Below, piece by piece: positions 17,714-27,196 of a stretch of 46,606 nt of DNA. Made by a program: the position numbers and the translations under genes. This stretch comes from Promethearchaeota archaeon. Lineage in GTDB: Archaea; Asgardarchaeota; Lokiarchaeia; Sigyniarchaeales; SOKP01. Numbering within the stretch: position 1 is the stretch's first letter; each line of letters begins with the position of its first letter. The stretch is taken from the NCBI GenBank assembly GCA_016839705.1, contig JAEOTR010000033.1:1-46606 (forward strand), written 5' to 3'. Under the pieces are notes generated by a model. The model searched no databases. It was not told the origin of the DNA and was given only the letters and a program-made list of their open reading frames with translations.

Positions 17714-19138
17714 ATGGCGATATTAAGACCTAGGATTAACGTATTGGATGAAGAACACAAAGAACAAATATTAGAGGAAGCAAAAATTATATTAGAGACC
17801 CAAGGTATTTTCATTGAAAATCAAGAAGCGGTTGAATTATTTGATCAAAAAGGTTTAAATCATGAAGGTTTGCGGTATTTTTTTCCCCCAGATTTGATCA
17901 ATAAGTGCTTAGCTTCAGTCCCTTATGAAATCACTCTTTTCGATAGAGAGGGAAATGAATGTATTACATTAAAAGACAATGACGTTCATTTTGATCCTGG
18001 TTCCGCAGCCATTTTTATTCTTGATGAAAATACCAGAGAAATAAGAGAGGGCTTGTCAAAAGATTTTATCCGGTTCTCCAAAATCGTTGAACAATTAAAA
18101 TTTATTGAAGCACAAAGTACAGCTCTAATTTATCAAGATGTACCGAAAGAAGCTCAAGATTGGCATCGCCTATATTTAGCACTATCTAATTGTTATAAAC
18201 CGATAGTTACAGGAACATTTCGTAAAGAGAGTTTTTCTATTATGAAAGAAATTTTGCTAGCATGTAGAACATCAGAAGAGGATTTAGCTCGAAAACCACT
18301 GGCAATATTTGATGCTTGTCCTAGCCCTCCATTAAAATGGTCTGATCTTACAACACAATCACTTATTGATGCTGCAAAATCCATGATACCATCTGAATTT
18401 GTATCTATGCCATTAGCAGGGGCGAGTGCTCCAATTACTTTAATTGGCTCAATTACCCAACACTGTGCCGAGTGTCTTGCGGGAATTGTTATTGCTCAAT
18501 TAGCAAAAGAGGGTGCTCCATTAATTTGGGGAGGCTCTCCTGCGGTGTTTGATATGAAACATGGGACAACTCCAATGGGTGCAATTGAAACAATGATGAT
18601 TAACTTAGGAGATGTTGAGATGGGAAAATTTTTAAATCTCCCTACTCATGCCTATATGAGTTTAAGCGATTCTAAAATACCAGATGCTCAAGCGGGGTTT
18701 GAAGCAGGAATGGGAGCATTACTTGCAGGACTTGCGGGAGTTAATATGGTTTCTGGACCAGGGATGCTTGATTTTGAGTCTACTCAAAGTGTTGAAAAAC
18801 TAATAATTGATAATGAAATAGTAGGAATGGTAAAAAGATTAATTCGCGGTATTGAAGATTTTGGTACTCCTTTTGCTTCAGAAATATTGAAAGATTATGA
18901 AGATAAAGAAGAATTATTATCCCATCCATCAACTCTTAAATATTTTAGAAAGGAATTATTTCTTCCTAGTCAAATTATAGATAGAATGACAAGAGATTCA
19001 TGGAAGGAAAATGGTTCTAAATCAACAAGAAAAAGAGCATTAGATGTTGCTGAAAAGTTGTTACAAAAGCCTTCAATTAAACCTATTGATGGAAGCTTAG
19101 CGACAGAATTGGATAAGATTGCTGAAACGGCATTATAA
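17714..19138 (+). CDS. Trimethylamine methyltransferase (MttB) superfamily protein, non-pyrrolysine
   Basis: Motifs SPPLKW, MPLAGASAPITL.G, FDMKHG, SDSKIPDAQAGFE, GMLD, LIIDNEI. No in-frame TAG; TTA (Leu, 18662-18664) sits at the Pyl-equivalent position before SDSK. Confidence 0.93.
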   Translation: MAILRPRINVLDEEHKEQILEEAKIILETQGIFIENQEAVELFDQKGLNHEGLRYFFPPDLINKCLASVPYEITLFDREGNECITLKDNDVHFDPGSAAIFILDENTREIREGLSKDFIRFSKIVEQLKFIEAQSTALIYQDVPKEAQDWHRLYLALSNCYKPIVTGTFRKESFSIMKEILLACRTSEEDLARKPLAIFDACPSPPLKWSDLTTQSLIDAAKSMIPSEFVSMPLAGASAPITLIGSITQHCAECLAGIVIAQLAKEGAPLIWGGSPAVFDMKHGTTPMGAIETMMINLGDVEMGKFLNLPTHAYMSLSDSKIPDAQAGFEAGMGALLAGLAGVNMVSGPGMLDFESTQSVEKLIIDNEIVGMVKRLIRGIEDFGTPFASEILKDYEDKEELLSHPSTLKYFRKELFLPSQIIDRMTRDSWKENGSKSTRKRALDVAEKLLQKPSIKPIDGSLATELDKIAETAL

Positions 19139-19148
19139 TGATTTTTCA

Positions 19149-19898
19149 TTAAAAATTTTCTCTAAAAATTTTTCCTAAGTAACTTCCCATCTCCTCTTGA
19201 ATAATGAGTTCAAAAGACCATCCGGTTTCCTTTGCACATTCTTTTAGGGTTTGCGAATCAACATGTAAGAGGTTAAACTTTTCTCCAAACATCCCTTTAT
19301 ATTCAATTTGAAGACCGACAACTCCTATATATCTCCCCAATTGACCACTTCTCTCCTGATAAGCTAAATGATCTGGATCTGTAGTAGATCGTACATCTAG
19401 GGAATCTAATAAAATTTGACCTGTAGGCTTTAGTAAAATTTTACAAAATTCCAAAAATTTCTTCAACCCGGATAAATCTTCAGTAAATCCAATTGCTCGC
19501 CCCATTAACAGGATTGTATCAAAATTCCTCTCATCCAGTTCATAAACGTCTGCACATTTAACATTTTTAACACCTCTGTTTTTCATAATAGCACATGCAT
19601 GAGAGGAAATATCTAATGCATATACCTCTAATCCCATTTTTTGGAGCTCAAGACTGTGTGGTCCTACACCCGCACCAATATCTAATATTCTCCCATAACA
19701 TAAATCTATTGCCTGTTTTTCAATAGAAGAAAATTCTTTTTCACTCCTAAAACATTGAGAGACATAATAATCATAATTTAGTCCATCATCTCTATGAAAT
19801 ATTATTTTTGCTTGTTTGTTTCCTTCATAAAATTCTTCTAAAGCTAAACCAAAAGGCTCCATCGATTTAAGAAGCATAATATAAAGGTCAATATTCAA
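19149..19898 (-). CDS. Class I SAM-dependent methyltransferase (start uncertain)
   Basis: Motif I ILDIGAGVG, plus ALDIS, FDTILL and LKPTGQIL. Confidence 0.9.
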   Translation of the reverse strand: MNIDLYIMLLKSMEPFGLALEEFYEGNKQAKIIFHRDDGLNYDYYVSQCFRSEKEFSSIEKQAIDLCYGRILDIGAGVGPHSLELQKMGLEVYALDISSHACAIMKNRGVKNVKCADVYELDERNFDTILLMGRAIGFTEDLSGLKKFLEFCKILLKPTGQILLDSLDVRSTTDPDHLAYQERSGQLGRYIGVVGLQIEYKGMFGEKFNLLHVDSQTLKECAKETGWSFELIIQEEMGSYLGKIFRENF

Positions 19899-20042
19899 GA
19901 ATTTAAATCTTATTAACAGACAATCCTAATTTTTTATACATTATTTGGGAATCTCCAGAAACACTTACTACATATTTAACTGAAATTTATAATTATTGAA
20001 GTATTTTAAAAAATAATTAATCAATCAGAAGGTTGATAAAAA

Positions 20043-20315
20043 ATTCCAAAACTAATAGAGAATAAGGAAAAAAACTTCTCATTGTTTTTAAATAAGGGAA
20101 GGTGTGGAGGTTGCAGAGCTTGTATTGCAGTATGTCCTACAGGTATTTTGGAACTGAGTGACGAGTTGAATTATCGAATTGCATATATTCCAAAAGTTAA
20201 GGAAGGTAAAGAAAAATATTGTACTGCATGTCGTAGGTGCGAGTTCGCCTGTCCTGATTGGTGTATTTATGTATTAGATGAAGAAAAAGCGTCCAGTGAA
20301 AGGGCTAAAACTTAA
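20043..20315 (+). CDS. 2x[4Fe-4S] ferredoxin, delta subunit of 2-oxoacid:ferredoxin oxidoreductase (start at ATT 20043 or TTG 20082)
   Basis: CGGCRACIAVCP and CTACRRCEFACPD; first gene of the alpha/beta/gamma operon. Confidence 0.88.
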   Translation: MPKLIENKEKNFSLFLNKGRCGGCRACIAVCPTGILELSDELNYRIAYIPKVKEGKEKYCTACRRCEFACPDWCIYVLDEEKASSERAKT

Positions 20316-20328
20316 TGAGGTGTATTAA

Positions 20329-21498
20329 TTGGGAAATAATGATAAGAGATATTTACCAGAAGGAAAACAGGTAATGATGGGAAATATTGCAATGTCAGAA
20401 GGTGCTCTAGCAGCAGGTCTAAATTTCTTTGGAGGGTATCCGATTACTCCGAGTACTGAGGTTATTGAACATTTAGCTAGGAGGATGCCAGAAGTTGGAG
20501 GTGTATGTATGCAAATGGAAGATGAATTAGCATCAATAAACGCCGTAATGGGTGCTTCCTTAGTGGGTGCTAAAGCAATGACTGCAACGTCTGGTCCAGG
20601 ATTTTCATTGATGGTGGAAACTATAAGTATGGCTGCTTGTTTAGAAATACCATTTGTTTTTTGTGATGTTCAGAGAAATGGACCAGGTACTGGATTTGTT
20701 ACTGAACCTCATCATAATGATTTAGGTCTGATGCGCTTTGCGGGTAATGGAGAATTTGGAGTAATAGCATTAGCTCCAATGAATTGTCAAGAGCTATTCG
20801 ACCTAACAATTACCGCATTTAATTTTGCTGAGATTTATCGTTGTCCCGTTTTCATTGTCTCTGATGCCTATTTAGGACATCTTCATGAACCATTATTTAT
20901 ACCATCAAAAGAAGAAATTATTGAAAAAGTAATTCCTCGTGAATTACCTTCTGATCTGACACATAAATTTACTTATTTTGATAATAAAACAAATTCATAC
21001 GTTATCCCAAAACCACCAATAATGGGCACTGATTATGTACCTTTAATGTTTCTCCATCAAGCACATAACTCAGCAGGTATGTCTTCCCAAAGAGAGGCAC
21101 TTCCATTTACGAAGATGCTAACTGATAAACTTAAAACCAATATAGATAAGATATCTTTAACTGAAGAATATAAAATGGATGATGCTGAAATAATAATAAT
21201 TTCTTATGGTTTACCCGTCAGAACAAGTTATCGTGCTGTAGACATAGCACGTAAAGAAGGAATTAAAGTTGGGATTTTTAGATTGATAACATTGTGGCCA
21301 TTTCCGGATGAGAAAGTAAAGGATGTAGTGAAAGAAGCAAAAGCTATAATTGTACCTGAATTGAATTATACTGGTATTGTCGCAGAACAAGTTGAACGAG
21401 TAACAAAATTAGAAATACCTATAATAAAAATTCCTAAAATATGCGATTTTCATCACCCAGATGATATTTTAAAAGTAATAAGGGAGGTGGCAAAATAA
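20329..21498 (+). CDS. 2-oxoacid:ferredoxin oxidoreductase alpha subunit (KorA-like)
   Basis: Motifs GYPITPSTE, QMEDELAS, TATSGPGFSLM, VQRNGPGTG, LWPFP. Confidence 0.95.
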   Translation: MGNNDKRYLPEGKQVMMGNIAMSEGALAAGLNFFGGYPITPSTEVIEHLARRMPEVGGVCMQMEDELASINAVMGASLVGAKAMTATSGPGFSLMVETISMAACLEIPFVFCDVQRNGPGTGFVTEPHHNDLGLMRFAGNGEFGVIALAPMNCQELFDLTITAFNFAEIYRCPVFIVSDAYLGHLHEPLFIPSKEEIIEKVIPRELPSDLTHKFTYFDNKTNSYVIPKPPIMGTDYVPLMFLHQAHNSAGMSSQREALPFTKMLTDKLKTNIDKISLTEEYKMDDAEIIIISYGLPVRTSYRAVDIARKEGIKVGIFRLITLWPFPDEKVKDVVKEAKAIIVPELNYTGIVAEQVERVTKLEIPIIKIPKICDFHHPDDILKVIREVAK

Positions 21499-22403
21499 TG
21501 TCGATGTATCCAAGTGAACAGCCAGAACATCCATATCTTTCTATTTCAATGCCAGGAAAATTTTTTAAGAGATATTTTTCTCTTTTTTGTGCTGGATGTG
21601 GTTATGGAATAATTGGGCATCTCTTCAATCGCGTATTTGAAGATGAAAAAGTAGATCCTAAATTGCATCCGGTGGTTATTGGGATTGGATGTTATGGGCA
21701 AATATTATTAACGTTACATCATGCGACACAAAGAATATTAACTTTGCATGGTAGAGCACCAGCTTTAGCAACAGGAATGAAAATGGCTAACCCCAAAATG
21801 AAACCCATTATCTTTACTGGAGATGGTGATTGTTTAGGAATAGGAGGAAACCATTTTATGCACATTTGCCGCAGAAATCTTGATTGCGTAATACTTATTT
21901 TTAATAATAGTATCTACGCAATGACAGGGGGGCAAGGAGCACCAACAACTTTATTTGGTGCGATGAGTTCGACTACACCATATAAAATGTTTGAGAATAG
22001 AACCGATGGGGTAAAACTTGCACTTACTGCTGGTGCTTCTTATGTTGCAAGAACAACAGTTGCTCACCCTAGAACTTTAATGAAATACTTTAGGAAGGGT
22101 TTAAAACACAAAGGTACTGCTGTTATAGAAATAATAACTCCCTGTATTACCTATTTCGGAAGAAAAAATCTTGATAGTTTAGGTGATGAAAGTTCAGGTA
22201 TAAAAGGACAGAAAATGGATAATACTGGCATCATGATTGATTGGATAAAAAGAAATAGCTTACGTATTAATCAAGCGAAATTCATGACTGAAGAAGAATT
22301 ACTAAATAAGTATATCATTGGGGAATTTAGATATAATCCTGACACACCAGAATATTCCGAAGAGTATGAGAAAATTAAGAAAATAGCAATGGGGGAGAAA
22401 TAA
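21498..22403 (+). CDS. 2-oxoacid:ferredoxin oxidoreductase beta subunit (TPP-binding)
   Basis: Motifs FCAGCG, GIGC, TLHGRA, GDGD...NNSIYAMTGGQ, TPC. TAATG overlap with the alpha subunit gene. Confidence 0.95.
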   Translation: MSMYPSEQPEHPYLSISMPGKFFKRYFSLFCAGCGYGIIGHLFNRVFEDEKVDPKLHPVVIGIGCYGQILLTLHHATQRILTLHGRAPALATGMKMANPKMKPIIFTGDGDCLGIGGNHFMHICRRNLDCVILIFNNSIYAMTGGQGAPTTLFGAMSSTTPYKMFENRTDGVKLALTAGASYVARTTVAHPRTLMKYFRKGLKHKGTAVIEIITPCITYFGRKNLDSLGDESSGIKGQKMDNTGIMIDWIKRNSLRINQAKFMTEEELLNKYIIGEFRYNPDTPEYSEEYEKIKKIAMGEK

Positions 22404-22406
22404 AGA

Positions 22407-23003
22407 TTGGCACGATATGAAATACGTATCGCAGGATTTGGCGGTCAGGGTGTGATTTCGTTGTCAAAAATGATCATTACCGCTGCTTCGCTTTATGAAA
22501 ATTTAGCAGCCACTCAAACCGAAGCTTATAGTGCTTCTGCTCGCGGTGGTGCCTGTTGGGCAGAAGTAGTAGTCGAATTAGATAAAGATGTTAAAATTAT
22601 TGATTATCCTCAAGCTTTACAACCATACGATTTTTTAATAGTACTTTCTGGAGAATCAGCTGCCCGTATTAGCCCTAACCAATTTAAAAGTGGTGAAAAT
22701 ACAGGATATTTAATCTGGGATCCATCAACCATCAAGGATTTTAAAATAGCAGATCAGATTCAAAAATCATTACGTATTCCTGTTCAAAAATTAGCTGTTG
22801 AGAAATTTGGGAATATTGTATTCGGTAATTCAATTCTTTTTGGGGCTTTTACTATACTTTCTGGAATAATTTCAGAAGAATCTGCTCTTGAGACTCTTAA
22901 AAAATTTGTACCTAGCTCTACGTTAGAAAAAAACATGGAAGCATTTGAGCTTGGTAAAAAAGAAGCGCAGGATTTTGTTAAAAAATTAAAGGAGGACAAT
23001 TAG
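22407..23003 (+). CDS. 2-oxoacid:ferredoxin oxidoreductase gamma subunit
   Basis: Motifs EIRIAGFGGQG, YSASARGG, N.EAFELG. Confidence 0.94.
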   Translation: MARYEIRIAGFGGQGVISLSKMIITAASLYENLAATQTEAYSASARGGACWAEVVVELDKDVKIIDYPQALQPYDFLIVLSGESAARISPNQFKSGENTGYLIWDPSTIKDFKIADQIQKSLRIPVQKLAVEKFGNIVFGNSILFGAFTILSGIISEESALETLKKFVPSSTLEKNMEAFELGKKEAQDFVKKLKEDN

Positions 23004-23007
23004 AATT

Positions 23008-24825
23008 ATGTATGTTAGTAAGATCAAAAAAGGTTGGCGAGAACTTGATTCTGAAATTATACAAACTGGTAAATGTGTATATTGTGGAGCATGTGGGGCA
23101 TTTTGTGCTAATATAAAATTTGACACTCAAAAAGAAATTCCAATAGAAGATGGTTCATGTAAAGATAGTAACACTTGTAGAGATGGATTTGGTTTATGCT
23201 ATAATTTATGCCCAAAAACAGGAATAGAACAAATTCCAATGTCATTACTAGATCAATGGGTATTCGGAAAAGAGCATAACAAGATTTTAGGGCATTATTT
23301 AGATATAGTCACCGTACAACTCACAGATAAAGCTAGAGAGAAAGTACCTATTGAAGCAGGTCCAATCACAACTTTATTATTTACAGCAATGGAAGCAGGT
23401 TTAATTGATTGTTCAATAATAACCGATAAGGATGAAAACTTCATCCCTTTTCCTATAATTGCTGAAAATCAAAAAGAAATTTTCAAAGGGGTAGGATATA
23501 AACCAAGTCAAAGTCCTACAATATCTCTTGTAGGGGATGCAATTAATAGAGAACATAATGATATTGCAGTAGTTGGGACACCATGTCAAATTCAATCATT
23601 ACGGAAAATACAAAATCACCCAATATTTGATTTTGAGGCATATGATCTTATTACACTAGCAATTGGGACATTTTGTTTTGGAACTTATTATAACCAACTT
23701 ATCGCTCAATGTTTTAATGAATACGGTATTAATACTGAAGATATAATAAAAGTTGGTGCGGATAAAAATGAATTTAAAATGAAAGTATATTCGAATTCGG
23801 GATTAAAAGAAATTCCACTAAATTACATTTATGAAAAATCAATTCGAAATGCTTGTTTTTCGTGTTCGGATTATACCGCCTCATTTGCAGATATTTCTGT
23901 AGGTAATATTGGGAGTGAAGAGGGTTGGAAAACTTTAATCATTAGAACAGAAAGGGGGAAGGTGATATACGATTTAGCTATTGAAAAAGGATTTCTTAAA
24001 GCTAAATCTCTTCCAAAAATCAAGGAAGACTTAGTTTTAGATATCACTCGTTGTAAAACCGATATAGTTAAAATTGAATCCGTAGTAGAGCATTCATCAG
24101 ATATTAAGAGTATCATTCTGAGGAACGATAGGATAGCACAAATGTATAAACCAGGAATGTTTGTATTTTTGTGGCTTCCTGATATAGATTTTTTACCAAT
24201 GTCGATTTCGAAAGTAGAAGGAAATCGTATTGAAATTACAGTTCAAAAAATTGGGGACGGAACTGCTAAACTATTTGACCTTACAGTAGGAGATTCTATT
24301 GGAATAAGGGGACCATTTGGAAACCCATGGAGTTATGGGGATGCCGCCAATATTCTTATTGTCGGAGGGGGAATGGGAATCGCCGCAATCACATCGCTAA
24401 TTGAGTCACTAAAGAACACGAGTAATAATATCACTGTTGCTATAGGGGCAAAAGATAAAACCTCGTTGATCTTTGCTGATAGGTTAATAGAACTCATTCC
24501 TAATACAATGTGTACTACTGATGATGGTTCTTTTGGTAAAAAATGTTATGTAACAGACAGTATTGAAGAAATCATATCCGCTAACAATATAGATCTTATT
24601 CTTACATGTGGTCCAGAGGTTATGATGAAAAAAGTACTAGACATAGCTGAATCAAAAAATATTAAAGTTCAAGCTTCTCTTGAGAGAAAAATGAAATGCG
24701 GAGTAGGATTGTGTGGTTCTTGCTGCCTTGGAGAAAATAATGATATTTCTGTCTGTAAGGATGGTCCAATATTTAATTCAGAACAGCTGAAGAAATTTCC
24801 TCAGTTCGGAAGCTATTTCAAATAA
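23008..24825 (+). CDS. Fusion protein: F420 hydrogenase/dehydrogenase beta (FrhB/FdhB-like) domain + PyrK-like FAD/NAD/[2Fe-2S] electron-transfer domain
   Basis: Residues ~1-345: CVYCGACGAFC, VVGTPCQI, IGTFC, CFSCSDYTASFADISVG, IIRTERG. Residues ~350-605: IRGPFGN, VGGGMG, TDDGS, CGPEVMM, ERKMKCGVGLCGSC..VCKDGPIF. Confidence 0.9.
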   Translation: MYVSKIKKGWRELDSEIIQTGKCVYCGACGAFCANIKFDTQKEIPIEDGSCKDSNTCRDGFGLCYNLCPKTGIEQIPMSLLDQWVFGKEHNKILGHYLDIVTVQLTDKAREKVPIEAGPITTLLFTAMEAGLIDCSIITDKDENFIPFPIIAENQKEIFKGVGYKPSQSPTISLVGDAINREHNDIAVVGTPCQIQSLRKIQNHPIFDFEAYDLITLAIGTFCFGTYYNQLIAQCFNEYGINTEDIIKVGADKNEFKMKVYSNSGLKEIPLNYIYEKSIRNACFSCSDYTASFADISVGNIGSEEGWKTLIIRTERGKVIYDLAIEKGFLKAKSLPKIKEDLVLDITRCKTDIVKIESVVEHSSDIKSIILRNDRIAQMYKPGMFVFLWLPDIDFLPMSISKVEGNRIEITVQKIGDGTAKLFDLTVGDSIGIRGPFGNPWSYGDAANILIVGGGMGIAAITSLIESLKNTSNNITVAIGAKDKTSLIFADRLIELIPNTMCTTDDGSFGKKCYVTDSIEEIISANNIDLILTCGPEVMMKKVLDIAESKNIKVQASLERKMKCGVGLCGSCCLGENNDISVCKDGPIFNSEQLKKFPQFGSYFK

Positions 24826-24871
24826 AAATTTTTAAAAAAAAATATGCAGAAATCTCAGGAGGAAATTATCA

Positions 24872-26341
24872 ATGTCAAAAAAATTGTCTGATCTTACTTT
24901 TGTCTCTGCAATAGAAGTAGCAAGAGCTATCCAGAAAGGTGAAGTATCCTCTCTAGAACTCACTAAACATATTCTAGATCGTATTGAAAGATACAATCCA
25001 ACTCTCAATGCAGTTGTCACAATTCTTGCGGATGATGCCCTTAACCGAGCCCGTGCTGCAGATGAGGCTCTTGCAAAAGGGGAATTATGGGGACCACTAC
25101 ATGGCGTCCCATGCTCAGTGAAAGATACATTCGAAACAACTAATGTTTTAACAACTGCTGGAATACCTGCTTTAGCTAAATATATTCCAAAAAGAAATGC
25201 AGTTGCTGTTGAAAGATTGCTTGGAGCAGGTGCAATAATCATTGGCCACACCAATGTACCTTTTATGGCTTCTGACCTTCAGAGTTATAATGAGATATTT
25301 GGCACAACAAATAATCCTTGGGATCATGAACGTACCCCGGGTGGGTCAACAGGGGGTGGAGCCGCGGCACTTGCTGCGGGATTAAGCTATTTATCAATAG
25401 GAAGTGATATCGGGGGATCAATTCGCACCCCCTCTAATTTTTGTGGAGTATATGGTCATAAGCCTAGTCTAAATGTCATTCCAGAGCGAGGTCATATTCC
25501 ACCTCTCCCGAATATACTCGTACCTCCTGCAAATCTGTCTGTGATTGGTCCACTTGCACGAAGTGCAGCCGATCTCAAACTAGCACTTAAAATTTTGGGG
25601 GGACCAGATCCCAATGATGCTATCGCATACAGTTGGACTCTGCCACCATCGCGAGGAACTCGCTTATCTGATTATCGGATTGGTTATATATTGGATGATC
25701 TGCTTTGTCCAGTTATTTCTGAGGTGAAAGAAGTATTGTTTCAAGCAGTTAATGCACTTCGTAAGAAGGGAGCAGAATTAGAGAAAGGTTGGCCACCTGG
25801 TGTCAATCCTTCAAGTCAATATGAAACTTATCGTTTCCTATTGGAATCAACATATGCCTATCAGCTACAAGATGATTATATAGAGGAGGTTCGTGAATTC
25901 GCAACAAAAAAGGACGGAAGTGATGAAGCAAAAGCCGCCTGGGCTTGGACAGCCCCCCACAAACATTTTCAAATGGCTAACGTAGCACGAATGACAGCAA
26001 GAGCGGTATGGCAAGATTATTTTCTTACCCACGATGCATTTCTCCTCCCTACAACATTTATTCCAGCATTTCCTCATGACCATAGTGAGCCTATGATAAA
26101 ACGCCGTTTAGACACTCTTGAAGGTCCAAGACCCTACTTAGATATTTTATTCTGGATATCCTTTGCAACATTGACAGGTCTCCCAGCAACCACAGCGCCA
26201 ATAGGACTAACAAAAGATGGATTACCTGTAGGTATTCAAATTATAGGACCTTACTTAGAAGATGCCACCCCAATAGATCTTGCTGGTATTTTGACGGAGA
26301 TTATTGGGGGATTCCAACCACCCGAGGGTTACGAGGCGTAA
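24872..26341 (+). CDS. Amidase signature family enzyme
   Basis: HGVP.SVKD (catalytic Lys), PGGSTGG, GSDIGGSIR.P, GLPVGIQ. Confidence 0.95.
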   Translation: MSKKLSDLTFVSAIEVARAIQKGEVSSLELTKHILDRIERYNPTLNAVVTILADDALNRARAADEALAKGELWGPLHGVPCSVKDTFETTNVLTTAGIPALAKYIPKRNAVAVERLLGAGAIIIGHTNVPFMASDLQSYNEIFGTTNNPWDHERTPGGSTGGGAAALAAGLSYLSIGSDIGGSIRTPSNFCGVYGHKPSLNVIPERGHIPPLPNILVPPANLSVIGPLARSAADLKLALKILGGPDPNDAIAYSWTLPPSRGTRLSDYRIGYILDDLLCPVISEVKEVLFQAVNALRKKGAELEKGWPPGVNPSSQYETYRFLLESTYAYQLQDDYIEEVREFATKKDGSDEAKAAWAWTAPHKHFQMANVARMTARAVWQDYFLTHDAFLLPTTFIPAFPHDHSEPMIKRRLDTLEGPRPYLDILFWISFATLTGLPATTAPIGLTKDGLPVGIQIIGPYLEDATPIDLAGILTEIIGGFQPPEGYEA

Positions 26342-26365
26342 TACTAGATATTTTAGAGAGCAATT

Positions 26366-27196
26366 CTATTTGTCTTTCTTTCTTTTCTTGATTTTCTTCT
26401 TTTTGTCTTTTTTAGTGCTTCTCGGGACTTCTTCTCTCCATGCTAATAAATCCTCAATACGAGTTGCACCCATAATTTTAAGATAAGCATCCTCCAAATT
26501 TTCTGCTTCTGCAGACTCAATTATATCTTTTGGACTTCCTTCAATCTTTAAAATCCCATTATCAATAATTCCAATCAAATCACAGAGTTCTTCAGCAGCA
26601 TCAAGAAGATGAGTACAGATAAATATTGTTTTATCAGCCTTTTTCGTAAGATCAGAGATCAAATCTTTTACCATTCTTGCAGCTGCTGGATCAAGATTAG
26701 AAGTTGGTTCATCTAAAAATACTATCTTCGGATCTTGGATTAATGCGGCACATAGACATACCTTTTGCTTCATTCCTCGACTGTATCCTTCTAGGAGATC
26801 ATTCTCACGTCCTTCTAGGTCAAAAATACTGATTAATTCATCGATACGCGAGAAAATCACTTCTTTGGGTAGATAATATAACTCTCCGACAAACTCTAAA
26901 AATTCCTTTGCGGTTAATTTCTGATATAGGCCTGGTGTTTCTGGTAGAAATCCAGAATTAATCTTCACTTCCTTACTTTGAGTTATAGTATTATATCCAA
27001 CAACTTGAGCACTCCCTGAAGTTGGTGTGATAATTGAATTTAACATCCTCACGGTTGTAGTTTTCCCTGCCCCATTTGGACCAAGTAATCCATAGGTTAC
27101 TCCATATGGGATTTTTAGGTTTAAATTCTTTACAGCTATTACATTCCCGAATTCTTTTGAAAGATCATTTGTTAAAATCGCATAAGTTTCAGAAAC
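26366..27196 (-). CDS. ABC transporter ATP-binding protein (ABC-2/exporter type); the real N-terminus extends beyond the called ORF, non-canonical start
   Basis: In-frame sequence upstream of GTG 27052 reads VSETYAILTNDLSKEFGNVIAVKNLNLKIPYGVTYGLLGPNGAGKTT (Walker A). Signature YSRGMKQK, Walker B VFLDEPT and H-loop ICTH are present. Confidence 0.88.
   Translation of the reverse strand, partial: VSETYAILTNDLSKEFGNVIAVKNLNLKIPYGVTYGLLGPNGAGKTTTVRMLNSIITPTSGSAQVVGYNTITQSKEVKINSGFLPETPGLYQKLTAKEFLEFVGELYYLPKEVIFSRIDELISIFDLEGRENDLLEGYSRGMKQKVCLCAALIQDPKIVFLDEPTSNLDPAAARMVKDLISDLTKKADKTIFICTHLLDAAEELCDLIGIIDNGILKIEGSPKDIIESAEAENLEDAYLKIMGATRIEDLLAWREEVPRSTKKDKKKKIKKRKKDK

Noticed and set aside
17714-19138. 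Pyrrolysine-containing MttB
   Set aside because: The ORF is uninterrupted and has TTA (Leu) at the Pyl position.
23008-24825. Plain pyrK annotation linked to pyrF
   Set aside because: More than half of the protein is an FrhB-like domain, no pyrD is adjacent, and pyrF is over 8 kb away in a different transcription unit.
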